DNA of 64,000 nucleotides, taken from Takakia lepidozioides. Taxonomy: Eukaryota; Plantae; Bryophyta. Location: contig CM060732.1 in assembly GCA_030704615.1 (NCBI GenBank), positions 48,794,001 to 48,858,000 of the forward strand, given 5' to 3'. Both the position numbers and the translations under genes were made by a program. The notes under the pieces were generated by a model. The model was not told where the DNA came from, did not search any database, and saw only the letters and a program-made list of their open reading frames with translations. This document shows, piece after piece, positions 28,441 through 41,349 of this stretch; the stretch's first letter is position 1; every line of letters begins with the position of its first letter.

Positions 28441-29545
28441 GGCCTGGCTAAGCGGTGGCCCACTTCCCTCTTCATACCATCAACCAAATTGAACAAGTGA
28501 AACAGGGGAGCTGTGTGTCCGTGAGGGAGGAAGTGCATGAGCACGTCATGACAATTACACCTGCTGCTCGTTTACTTCTGCCCAACAGTGACCAGGAGAT
28601 GGAGGAAGATCTGGATCCCCACAGTCCCACCGGGAGTGCCTCAACCCGTGATGAGAGTTCTTTGGAGTGTAGAGATGAAGGTCTATGTTTAGGCCTGACT
28701 AATATAGAGGCTTGCATTGAAGAAATCGAGGAAGGAGAGGAGGTGCTGCATGATCAAGGACTGGCAGAATTGCTGCAGCAAGAGACGAACAAGAACATGG
28801 CATCTTCTATGATACATGATGCATACAACAAAGCTTGGGAGGGAGGGTTGGGAAACAATGAATCTGAGATGGAGGATGACTTTCATGATTGGAACATGAT
28901 TGCTGCTATGGAAGAGGAGAAAGTGGTTGCGCATGTTCACCACATCCAGCAGAGGGACCCTGATGATGAGGCCAAGCACGCCGAAGGCTTGCTCTCAGTA
29001 AGGCAGATCTGGGTTTTTGCTCAATGGTGGAGCATGTTATAGATACCCAAGGGTTTCCGCCATGCAGGAGTCAGCCCAGCAGATTATCTGAGTGGGAGGA
29101 AGGGGAAATGCAGCGTCAAATTGAGGCTCTTATCTTGCAAGGCAAGATGTGGGATAGCGTAGCTACGGCGTGAGCCCAGCCCCGTGAGCCTGGGAGCTGA
29201 GCTCACGTTGTAGCTGCAAAGCGTGAGCGGCACAAATCTGCTGGAGAAGCAGGTCCTATAGGCGAGGATTGCAGGAAGAGGGGCTATTGCCGTGGACAAA
29301 ACAAAGTGGGCCACCATGCACCATGTCTGCAATGCCTGCACAAAAAGAGGAATATGAAAATATGGCAGATTTGAGCTCAGAATGATTGACACGCTTTATT
29401 TCAATTCACATATAGACGCTTACAATGAATGGCATGTGCATTTGCCCTGGTTCCGCGAACAAAATGTATGTGTTTGTCCTAAATGCAAAGTCTTTACACG
29501 GTAACCTGGAAACCAGCATGGGAAGCGGGCATGGCTCGTATGTGT

Positions 29546-32500
29546 TCAAAGAGAATTTGGCGGAGCCCTACGTGAGGTGTCCCACTGCAGAAGGGTGATT
29601 ACTTCTCCGTAGCCTAGTGTGGCTTGGTGAATGAATTGGTCTCTCTTACCGTCGCAGCACATAGTTACAAGGTATATGTAATATTGATGCTTGCAGGGGA
29701 CCCACTTCCCTCTCATGCCGAGAGCGCCCTCACGCATCGTTACAAAATCCGGACAAGTGCACGTAGGGAAATTCCCCACAGTAACCTGATATTCTTTGCC
29801 ATGAAGAACTGAGCCAATAGATAGCACTGTGTAAATCCGTCCATACCCCGGGGCAGGGACTTTGGTGATACGAGTCACCCGAACCTGCAAAATTCTAGCC
29901 GATTCCATCTTGCATTCGTGATCTGCACCCGAAGCGACACGGCGCACTATTTTTCCATCTCTTTTTGTTGGGTGGGAGTTGGCACCGGGTGGAGGCATTG
30001 CCGGAGCATGTGGCCCATCTGTGCCGACAATGCATGAGGGCACCACTCGGGACCGTGCAAGACAGAACCCTCCCTCCTCCAGCATGCTTATCTCGGTTGA
30101 TGACAGCGACGTCCCAAGTTTCACAGGCCAAATTGCAGGGGGAAGGGGCTTCATTATCACCGAAGGACGAACTGTTCCCTTGACGCATCGTGCCATATCG
30201 TCTGGGCAGAACCAGAACTTGTGGTCCTTTGACTCCCCACTATGATAAGGTCGGAACAACCCTGTGAATGTTGGAGCTGGAGTCCCCCTGGAGCCTTTGC
30301 ATATTTTTGATTTGCATTTCTTGAAAGAGGGGGTCCGAATTGCCATGCAAGCCAGTCTAGATCCTGGTGGGGTGCGTTCTATATGCCACTCACTATCAGT
30401 GCAATCAGATACATGCACCATGGCCACCACCTCCTCCAATGGGATTCCTGCTGCTGTGCTTGCATGATCTGCACCTGCTCCACTGGAGGAGGACCCACCT
30501 GGGAAAGGGCGGGCACACGACTTAGTCGGCACTGGAGACACCCTTGGTACAGAGAAATTGACCATGTCTGGCCGATGGGAATCTCCATCCGACCCTGGAG
30601 GAGTGTTCAATTTCCTTTTGCATGATCCAAATCTTTCCTCGCCTTCCAAATGGGGGAGCCTGGATTGCAAAGGGGAGCCTTCAGTGCACCTGTTCAAAGC
30701 TCTGGCCATCTTCGATGGGTCTCCGGACCTACTTGCAGCCCTTAGTATCAACAAAGTTGTATCAGGGCCCTTGCCTCCGCCCCGTCCCATCAGAAAATTG
30801 CGGTACCTGGTTTGTTGTGTAAGAGCTCGCACCATGTCATCAGCAGTGGCCGCATACAAGTCACATCCTGCTTTGGTAGACTGCTGCATCCAGGCGTTGT
30901 GAACAGTCTCTGCCAAATTACAGGATGGCATGTCGGCCAAGTCCTCCAAGGACATGTCCTGCAGGAGGCATTGCATGGAAATGTGAGGAACAAAAAGAAA
31001 TGGAAGAGGTTCTGCAAGTGACAATCCAACAACCCCAAATGAACAGGCGTGATGCAAAGTGAAATTTGTATTTATGGGATTGAAGAGGCTTACCGTCGTC
31101 ATGAAAGCTCCCCACTGTCTGTACCTGAAGTGCCAGAAAACCAACCAGTCCTCCAACTCCTTCAGGTGGATACCAGTAGTAGCACCAGAGGAGAACCACC
31201 AAGCCCGGATTGCTTGGTAAGTGCTCTCAGCTTCTCCCATTGAGGTGGCATTTTTGTACTTGAGGCAGAGCCTTCTGTGCTCCAACTGAAGGTAAGGGCG
31301 AATGCAGTGCTTTGTATGACGTGCCAGAGATTGACTCCAATGGAAGAGGCATGTACGCACCCTATTTTCCATTGGGACCTTAGGATCCCCCGAACCAAAC
31401 ACGCGCGCACTGCATTGAAATTTGCCTGTGCACTATCAGCCATGAAGCTCGCAAAATTTGTGTTCTGTATTCCATTGCGCTGCATGACGGCCAGGAGCAA
31501 ATTCCACATGAGCATCTGGGATTCAGTGTCCTCCGACTGCATATCACAAATTGCTATGGAGAGCACATGTTGGTACGCTGGATTGTACACATGGCATGCC
31601 ATGGTTGGTCAACCCTTCACCCGTTTGCAGTGATCAAACATTAACCAACATTTTGCCAAATCTCCTCCAGGTTGCATTCGGCGGATAATGCTCACACCAC
31701 TACCTTCGCCCACTGTGGACATCTTGAACAAATACACCTTGGACAAGCCCTAGCCAGGGAAGATACTGTTTTGAATGAATTCATAGCGACTCCTCCGTTT
31801 GAGGTCCATAATGTTGTCCATGAATCCAGCAGTGCCTGTGCCCATTCTGAGTGCATTCACCTGGTTTCAAATATTGGGAGAGCTCAACACGGAGAAATGG
31901 TCCATCACTGTCTCAAGCGAATCTGCATCCAACATTGGTTGTGTCGCATCCCCTTCACCCAATATGTGTTTTTCCAGGAATGTCTGACTAGCTGCAAGCG
32001 CTATAGCAGAAGGTGTTGCACAAGAGGCATTGTGGAACTTCTGCTTCAACAGAGTTCTAGCGATGTCCACGCTATCCCTGCAACTTCCTATGGACACATG
32101 ATGCTCGTGTGTACCCATATGAATGCAGGCATGAGTCATTGTCTTGCATCGGTGTGCCACCTGGTACATACGAGCGTGGCACACAGAAACACAAGACGGG
32201 GAAAGTTTGCAGAACCTGCACACAAAAGTATTGGTCTTGGGAGGGGCAAGCTTGGGGTGAAAGGATTCAGGGGCACACCTTCCTACTCAATTTCGTTTGG
32301 TTTAGCGTTGTTTCTCAGGCGAGGGCAAGAAATATTCACGCACTTACAATGCCCAACGCAGACATTTCAATCCAATGTCGTTGTGGATGTTCGACGTTTT
32401 TGTCCTGCACCAAGGGTGTCCGTCATGTTTCTTGTTCTTGCCCTGCAGAAGCCCAGCTAGTCCACTGGAAGACGTGGGAGGGTTGAGCTCAAATAAGATG

Positions 32501-33101
32501 TCCCCATCAAACTCTGCTGGCACGTATTGAACCCGCTGCATACGAAGGGACTCCCAATCAACAAAACGCAACTCGCTCTTGCACCCAGGCACTCCTGCGA
32601 GGGCTTTCAATTTCGGAATGACACTCGTTATCTCCTGCAACTCGTCATCATCCAAGAATGGAGTCTGCATTGGCGGAGGAATCTCAGAAACATCCTCTGA
32701 GGACGAGTCTGAAAGAGTCACAAATGTAGTGGATGTGCTCACCTCTTGTTTCACATGAACTGTGCCCTTCTACTGCACGACCGATGCTGCAGTGCCAGGG
32801 GTAACTACTGATCCTGCTGATTGTCTTCTCTCTTTTCCAAGGACCCGGTATGTGCCTGGAATGACTCTCCACTTCCTTCCACACTCGCCAACCAATGGTT
32901 TCTCCAAGTGCCCAGAATCCAAATTCCCATCCTCGTCATACACCTCTTTTTGAACAAGCAAAGAACCCAATTCCAGAGGGAACACTGTAACCAGCTCATC
33001 CTCATGAACAACTGCAAACCCATCGTCATCTACAGTGGCAGTCAGTGGAAGACTACCTGCATTGGAATGAAATCGTGCGAGTCTATCTCGCTCCCTGGAC
33101 A
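29546..33101 (-). pseudogene. MULE-like DDE transposase with N-terminal Cys/His (GCM-like) region and C-terminal SWIM finger
   Basis: Joined frames give WLMFDHCKRV (D1), FMADSAQANF (D2), TCLFHW (CxxH) and CNLAETVHN (E). SWIM is YQVTVGNFPTCTCPDF..CKHQYY. N-terminal region has DGHPW..TSN..CRFC..CHAR..CIHMGTHEH. An intron lies at ~30963-31092; several frameshifts and stops. Confidence 0.8.
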
Positions 33102-33919
33102 TGTTTTCGTACACTGACAGAAAGTTGTGATTCATAGAGGAATCCCCGAACTGATAGCTCGTAATTCTCGAAAAGGGATCCACCCCAAACAAATTGAGGT
33201 AAAAAAGGGTAGCACTGACCCAAAGACTGCGGGCGATGCATGCAAAGGATGTAGGAATGACATGCACCGAACTTCGCAGACAGCCACACTGAGAGACACC
33301 AACCAGAAAAATTGTTTTCTAAGACAAGAAGCCACAAGAAGCCGTGATGTATTTGGATGAAAAACAAACCTTGAACATGACATAAAATCATCCATTATGG
33401 AAAGACGGCAACAACCCTGGAGAGCAGTAAACAGGAAGACCCCGAATCTAATGAGATTGTGTTGTGCCAGAAGAGCACAGCACAAACACTGACACTCCGG
33501 GAGACACCTCGTATGAGTTTGTGCAACACATGACCATTGCCGACAGAACCCTTTATACCGAATGACCCCATTGTGACGGTGACGGCGAAATGCAAACCAC
33601 AGGGTAGGCAGTACAACACACATGGACGCATATGTGAAGCATAATAATTATTGCGAATCTGCAAGTACTGCTCAAAATTGAACTAGCATTAGATTTCTAT
33701 GGCACTTCCGAATTTCAAAGAATGCAAGAAGGCTGTCATGTATTGGCAAGCGGCGAAGTACATCTGACATATATCACAAGTACATGCAACGGATCTACTT
33801 TTTTTCCACCACTTTATTTCTTGGATAATACAAAGACGCCGAAATGGATGAATTCCGTTCACACACAATGATGACACCCGCATCCAAATACGGTTAACAA
33901 TGTCCAATTTTTACTTTGG

Positions 33920-36900
33920 TTACATGCCATAGCAACGCTTGTTGCAAACGTCAAACTGGAGAGCTCCAGAGGCAGCGTGGGGAGCCCTTGTTTCCACCGG
34001 AGGAGGAAGAGAAGGAAGTCGTTATACTTCACGAGCACTAGGGACAGGAATAGAGCCAGATATAGAATGAGGATGGAAAGAGTAGACGAAGAGGAAAGGA
34101 TGAAGAAGGGGGCAAAGAGGAAAGTTTGGCGATGGAAGAGCAGGATTCTGGAGAAGAACAGCAGCCCGCCATACTTCCAAGAACAGGTGAGGAGGAGACT
34201 GAATCCGAGGGAGAGACGGACGCCGAAGATGATATTGATGCTGGCCTCAGGAAGAACCAGATAGTGGAAAAGAGGATTGGGGAGATGCTCCAGAACATGC
34301 TCAGCGTAGAGAGCAGTCCAAAGCGCAAAGGGTCTCCGGCGATTGGGGAGTCTTCTGGAGCAGCCAAAAAAAGGTACAATGTTTGAGACCGACCTTTGTG
34401 CTTCATTGGTGATGTGAACCCCAGTTGTGCTTGTATTTTGATATGAAAACCGCCTATACACGGCATCTCTGGCATGTTGAATCCACCCCGAAGTGCGGCA
34501 ATGCACACTATTTGAGCCCCCCATTTTGCTTGTTTTTTGATGTGCAAAATGGCCACATAGGGCCACCATGGCAGGTTCAATCCACCCCTAATTGGAAGCT
34601 CAAATAGTGTGCGGCACCGCACACTGTTTGAGCCCCCCATTTTGCTTGTTTTTTCATGTTCAAAACGGCCACATAGGGCCACTATGGCAGGTTCAATCCA
34701 CCCCGAATTGGAAGCTCAAACGTGAAACATCTTCCCTGAGAATGCCTGGGTGGAAGGTTTCCTGGAGAGAAGAAGTTCGAAGGATTCGTTCACATGTCTC
34801 CAAATGGGATCCCAGGAGTCCACGATTGACTCTCATCCGCCACACTTTGCATCTTCTCCTACAGAGTTGTTCATTCAAATTGATATAAGAGAGAGGCATG
34901 AAACGATGGTGTTTTGAGCATGGCAGACAGGCCCTATGTGGCCCAATTTCTCATCAGAAAACAAGCAGTGTGGGGGCCGAAAATACTGTGCGTTGCCGCA
35001 CAATGTTTCAGCTTCCAAATAGTGGTGTTTTGAACATGATATTTGGCCCTATGTGGCACATTTCCACAAAAAAACAGGCAGAGAGGGGGCCAAAAAGGGG
35101 GCACAAACAGTGTGCGTTGCCGCACACTCTTCGTGCTACCAACTATGGGTGTTTTGAGCATGCATACTGGCCCTTTTTGGCCCAATTTCACATAGAAAAA
35201 CAAGCAGAGAGGGGGCTCAAACAGTGTGCGTTGCCGCACACTGTTTGAGCTTCCAATAATGGTTCGTTTCAACCTGCCAGAGTGGCCCTAGGTGCCCGAT
35301 TTTCACAACAAAAAACAAGCAGACAAGGGGGCTCAAATAGTGTGCGTTGCCGCACACTGTTTGAGCTTGCAATAAGGGGTGATTTTAACATGGCATAGTG
35401 GCCATGAGTGGCCGATTTTGAAATAAAAGAAAAGTCAGTGAAGGGGGCTCAAACAGTGTGCGTTGCCGCACACTATTTGAGCTTCCATTTCGGGGTGGAT
35501 TCAACCTGCCAAACTGGCCCTAGGTGCACAATTTTCATGTCAAAAAACAAGCAAATCGGGGGGCTCAAGCAGTGTGCGTTGACGCACACTGTTTGGGCTG
35601 CTAGGTAAGTGTGAATTGAACCTGACAGAGATGACATTTGTGGTCGATTCTAAAATGAAAAAATAATGTCAAGTGTGGAGCTTCCAAAAAGGGATGGAAT
35701 GAACCTTAGAGAGAGGTGACTGTGTGCACGATTTTCACATTCAAGAAACAATTACAAGGGGAGCTCAAACAGTGTGCGTTGACGCACACTGTTTGAACTG
35801 CCAGGTTAGTGTGGATTGAACCTCACAGAGTTACCCTGTCTGGACGATTTTATTATGAAAAAAACAATGCGAATGGGGGGCTCAAACAGTGTGCGTGGGC
35901 GCACACTGTTTGAGCTGCCAGGAATTTGTTTATTGAACCTCACAAAGATACCCTGTCTGGACGATTTTATTATTCCAAAAACAATGAGAAGGGGGGCTCA
36001 AACAGTGTGCATTGGCGCACACTCTTTGAGCTTTGAATTAGGGGTGGATTGAACCAGTCACAGAGGCCCCTGTGTGAACCATTTCCACATCAAAAAAATA
36101 AGGCACAAGGGGGGCTCAAACAGTGTGCGTTGACGCACACTCTTTGAGCTTCCAATTCGGGGTGGATTGAACGTGACAGACTGGCCCTATGTGGCCGTTT
36201 TGAACATGAAAAAACAAGCAAAATGGGGGGCTCAAACAGTGTGCGGTGCCGCACACTATTTGAGCTTCCAATTCGGGGTGGATTGAACCTGCCTGAGTGG
36301 CCCTATGTGGCCAATTTTCACATGAAAAAAACAATGACAAGGTGGGATTAAACAGTGTGCGTTGAAGTACACTGTTTGAGCTGCCAGGTAAGTGTGCATT
36401 GAACCTGCAAGACTGGCCCTACGTGGCCGATTTTCACATGAAAAAAACAATGCCAAGGTGGGCTCAAACAGAGTGCGTTGACGCACACTGTTTGAGCTGT
36501 CAGGTAAGTGTGCATTGAACCTGGCAGACTGGCCCTATGTGGCCGATTTTCACATGAAAAAAACAATGACAATGTGGGCTCAAATAGTGTGCGTTGACGC
36601 ACACTGTTTGAGCAGCCACGCCATTGTGCATTGAACCTGGCAGACTGGCCCTATGTGGCTGATTTTCACACGAAAAAAACAATGACAAGGTGGGTTCAAA
36701 CAGTGTGCGTTGACGCACACTGTTTGAGCTGCCAGGTAAGTGTGCATTGAACCTGCAAGACTGGCCCTATGTGGCCGATTTTCACATGAAAAAAGCAATG
36801 ACAAGGTGGGCTCAAACAGTGTGCGTTGACGCACACTGCTGGAGCTGCCAGGAAATTGTTGATTGAACCTCATAGAGATACCCTGTCTGGACGATTTTAT

Positions 36901-39900
36901 TATGAAAAAAACAGTGCGAAGGGGGGCTCGAATAGTGTGCGTTGGCGCACACTGTTTGAGCTTTGAGTTAGGGGTGGATTGAACCAGATAGAGAGGCCCC
37001 TGTGTGCACCATTTCCACACCAAAAGACAAGGCACAAGGGGGGCTCAAATAGTGTGCGTTGACGCACACTGTTTGAGCTTCCAATTCGGGGTGGATTGAA
37101 CGTGCCATAGTGGCCCTTATGTGGCCGTTTTGAACATGAAAAAACAAGCAAAATGGGGGCTCAAACAGTGTGCGGTGCCGCACACTGTTTGAGCTTCCAA
37201 TTCAGGGTGGATTGAACCTGCTATAGTGGCCCTATGTGGCCGTTTTGAACATGAAAAAACAAGCAAAATGGGGGGCTCAAACAGTGCGCGGTGCCGCACA
37301 CTGGATTGCAACCACCGGTTGCTTGCATGGATGGCTGTCATTGGGAGGCTATTCTCACAGGAGGAAGAGTGGCATTACTCTGTTCGATCGATGGTGCTGG
37401 ATTGTGACGGGATCATGATGGGTCTTCTGACGGCAATGAATGATGTGAACAGGTTTGTTCTTATTCTACATGTTCCACTTGTGGTTCCGTGGTTCTTTGG
37501 TTCCAGTCCTCTGTTGATGGTCCTTGAATTTCATTATGACTTTCACACATCATTTTGCAGAGGGACGGAGACATCGCATGTCAAAACGAGTCTGGTTTAC
37601 ACACTGTACAGGATACAAAGGATCGGGCACATGCCCTTGACCAACTTTAAGACCATCCTTTCAGCAGAGACATACAAGAAGTGCGAAAGCTCCAAGACAT
37701 CAGAAACGTGGTACTCGTTGACCCGTGAGGCTTCATGGAGTATATGTACGCGGTGAGATACATCTTCCATCATCTGGCCTTTCGATATTCCTGCTTCCAC
37801 ATGTTTGTTTCTGTTTGTTTCCCTTGCCCTTGGGTTGATGCAACTCTCGTGCATTCCCTTGCAGCAAGACATTGCAGATGCAGGGGAGCGTGACAAACTG
37901 GAATACTACAGCTCTACCCCTGAGGTAGAAGGACAACAAAGGGTGTTGAGAGTCACATCCAGAAAGAGATGACCGCCACAAGAAGGACTATTATGAGTGC
38001 TTTTGTGAAACAACTGAGAATTGCAGACCCAACCTTCGGACCAGAGTTCCTTCAAGAGGTGAAAAACCATTACAACAAGCCAGGCAAGCCGGAGATGGCC
38101 CAAGAGAAGTTACACAAGTTGTCTACTGCCGTTGTGTCTTCAGAACAGAAGGTGAAGTGGCTACAGATATGGAACTCCGATCCCACTATTAGGGATACCC
38201 ACATGTTCCCCAGGTTGGAGAAAGAGAAGAAGACCCAGCGTGTCATTCCTGTCAGTGACAATGTGTTGGACACATGGCTTCACAAGGCCACTTACTGGAG
38301 CCAGGTATGATGTCCTTTGATGTGTCACTTTCTTTTCGCTTTTTCTGTCATTCTTTTTCCATGTTACATTGGTTGTGATTGTTTTTGTGTTCATTCATGC
38401 TTCTGTATTGGTCTGCAGTTGGAGGAAAGGGCCCGGTCGGTTCTACATACGCAGCTGGCTGACTATGGGATCACCATGACAGAACCGAAGGTCTCCTTCC
38501 AAGCATACATGAGGAAATGGAGAGCCACAGTGTGGCAATCTTGTTTCTTCAGAGAGCTCAGCAAGGATGTTGGCATCAGTCGAACAAATGAGCTTGACCA
38601 GCAAGAGAAAGGAGATGAAGCCTGGAAACGATGCCTTTACAGGTGCGAAATGGACTGTGCTTCTTTGTTTTGCATAGACACTATCTCCTCCATCCAACCT
38701 GTTTTTGGCTGGCTCATATGAGTTTGTGGTGGAGTGTAATGTGTCGCATACTCTTTTAGGGGGTCTTCGTGATGGGGTGGAAAAGCTGGGAGACAATATT
38801 TGCATTGCATAATGAGGTTGTCTCTGTTCCTGCAGGTACATAAAGTATATTCTCATGGCAGAGAACTGCTTGGGCAAACATCCTGATTTCGTGGACCTTT
38901 GGCTTGTCCCTGCTAGCAACCAGACCATGTTTACTACAGGGATCTTGCATGACTGGGGCCCAGACCATCTTTCTGCTTATGGTTGGTATTTGGATTGCCC
39001 TGCTTCAGAGACCCCAGCTCAAGAGGTGTCTTTGAGGAGAGAGAATGAGCGTATAGCAGCTACCCGCCGCAGCAGCCGACCTCAACATTCATGAGAGAAA
39101 TTTGAGGACTCTTGCAGAGAAGGAGCCTCCCGCTCAGGATACACCGGGTAAAGGTAGAAAGTCAAAGGGAAAGGATGTTGCTGGTGGTGTGGGGAAAGGA
39201 AGGGGTAGGGGGAAGGGGGCACAAGGGCAGGTAGGTGGGCAGGGAAGTGTTGCAGATACTGGCCCTCTGGTGGTTGTCCAGCAGACTCCACCGCATGGTA
39301 GGGGATCCGGGAGAAAGAACAAGGGGGTGGTTGATCCCAAGAACTCGTACCATGCAGTGGAGCATCCCACGAGGGTCATTCGCCCTACCAGGTTGGAGAT
39401 GGCCAACGTCAGGTTCCTTGCTATGATGGAGTCCAAGAAATCTGATTACAAAGGCGAACCATCACCAGTGTGAGAGAGGATTGTGGAGTTCCTCGGCACG
39501 GTGCGTGTTGTCTTTTGCTTCTTGTCTGTTGTGTGCATGGATCGTTTCAATCCTCTTGAGCATTCCATTGCATGCTTGTTTGCACCAAATCCTGGGTGAA
39601 CGGGAAGGAGAAGCCATATGCAGCCGAACTCATCATCTTGGACATCCTTGATGGGTTGCCAGTCCCGGATGTCCTTCCATCGGGTGCTTGTCCAGGTTGG
39701 AATGCTTTTGATGAGCGCTACTGGCGGTGGATTTTCTCCTTTTGCAATTTCTTTCTGTCCGATGCAGGTGTTTTGGTGCTCATCCAGTCCATCGACCTTC
39801 GCTGTCGCCGTGCACTTGCCAGCTATTTGAAAGCCTCCGGTATGAGGGTCGTGAAGACATGAAATTGTGTGAACAGCATGTACCTGACGAAGGGGGATCG

Positions 39901-40980
39901 TCCTGGAGAGATGGTAAATCTGCCTTCTTATTCCTCTTCTTGGTGGTTCTCGGATGTAGTTGCATAAGTCGCTCAAATGAATATGTAGGGGCCTGGTTTT
40001 CAAGCTTCTTAGTTCCTTGTGTATGTCATGTTCGCAGACTCGTTTGTTTGAAGCTGTTTGTCTCGTCCGAGTGCGTCCACCTTCGACTCCAGCCGTCATT
40101 AGGGAGTTCGCCATCATTCATGGGGGCAAGTTCATAGACGAGAGGACAGATCCTCCCACGGATGACATGCACCACAACTACGTGGACAACAATGTGTGCT
40201 TGCGAAGGGGGAATGGGGTTCATTCAGACGATTGTGGAGTGCTGCACCTACACAGACGCCAGAGTTCTGGATTTGTCAATGGGCACAGGTTCGTCTCTTC
40301 AACATTCACATTTCGTGAGGTTTGTTTGACCTTGCACTTTCAGCTCTTCCCACCGTTCCAAATGTGTCTTCAATGTCTGTTTCCTTCATAGTATTCCACT
40401 GTAGGTGCCTCATACCACGCTTGCAAGGCCAGTGCGCGATATCTCTTTGGGATTGAAGGGGATGCCGAGATTTACAAGAACCTCCTGATGAGTTTGGGTG
40501 GACACACTTCTCAAGTCCTTCCGAAGCCCCTACCCGCTGATATTGATACAAGGGAGACTTCTGACAAGGAGCTGGATGACGACTTTGTCTGTAAGTAAGT
40601 TCAACCTGTGGATGCTTGCATTGTTGTTTTAATACCCAGAATCATTGTTCTTAAGGCAAAGTGCACATGGGAGATATCCTTTTCGTTGGACTTGTGCATT
40701 GCATCATTGTGTTCAAAATTGGTTTTTGTCCACTTGTACAGGAGTCCGCGTACTTCCACTGACCCTCCAGGGCTATCACACCTTTTTGGACTTCTTTCAA
40801 GTCATCCTCAGTCTTATGTCCTACCTGTCTATGTTGAGGCACTCGCAGCAAGCATGTCCATTCATGGCACTCGCAGTCCAACCATCGACGGCCGTGGTAG
40901 AAGACATGGTGTTGGGGTTGGAATCTTTGTGGATGACATAGCACAGGAGGTCGATACTGATTCTGATGACTGTAACACTT
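33920..40980 (+). pseudogene. Spliced ParB/Srx-like domain plus beta-class N6-adenine/N4-cytosine DNA methyltransferase-like gene (decayed)
   Basis: ParB-like MFHV(W)/D(G>C)NHRLLAW, split between 34721-34858 (minus) and 37302 onward (plus). Motif-IV-like AELIILDILDG at ~39623-39655. Motif I region FIQTIVECCTYTDARVLDLSMGT|GASYHACKASARYLFGIEGDAEIY spans intron 40289-40404. Gene start and end are approximate. Confidence 0.72.
34430..37302. repeat. Tandem array of ~24 units of ~116 bp, each with a 36-bp palindrome
   Basis: GCTCAAACAGTGTGCG-(ttga/ttgc/gtgc)-CGCACACTGTTTGAGC recurs at about 35101, 35215, 35331, 35447, 35563, 35763, 35880 ... 37159 and 37275. Units at 34430-34720 are in the opposite orientation. 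Confidence 0.95.
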
Positions 40981-41349
40981 GATATGAAGTTTTCTTTTGC
41001 TTTCATTCGGGGCCAATTTTGAAATGGGATGGTTGTGTGTCCTTGTTGTCATGTTTGCAATATGTGCGTGGGATGCAAATTCATGGGAACAAACTATCGT
41101 TGGAGATGGGGGTTGCATGCAGGGGCTTGGTATTTTGATAACGTCTAAATGGATGCAATGGATAGAAAGGATGGATACAATGGATGTAACACATCCAGTT
41201 TGCATTCCCTGGAAATGACTAATCAACCCGCGGTAATAGGTGACACCCGCGGAAATAGGCCCTGTATGCATGCTGACGTGGCGTGAGCCTGTGCTGGGCT
41301 CACGGTTTCCTGGGCTCACAGGCTCACGCCTCTGGGCTCACAGAATAGC

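Noticed and set aside
34430-37302. CRISPR array (36-bp palindromic repeats at regular spacing)
   Set aside because: The ~80-bp intervening sequences are homologous to each other rather than unique spacers, no cas genes are present, and the context is a eukaryotic intron.
34898-37341. Many short ORFs on both strands within the array
   Set aside because: They are by-products of the repeat, with frames shifting from unit to unit.
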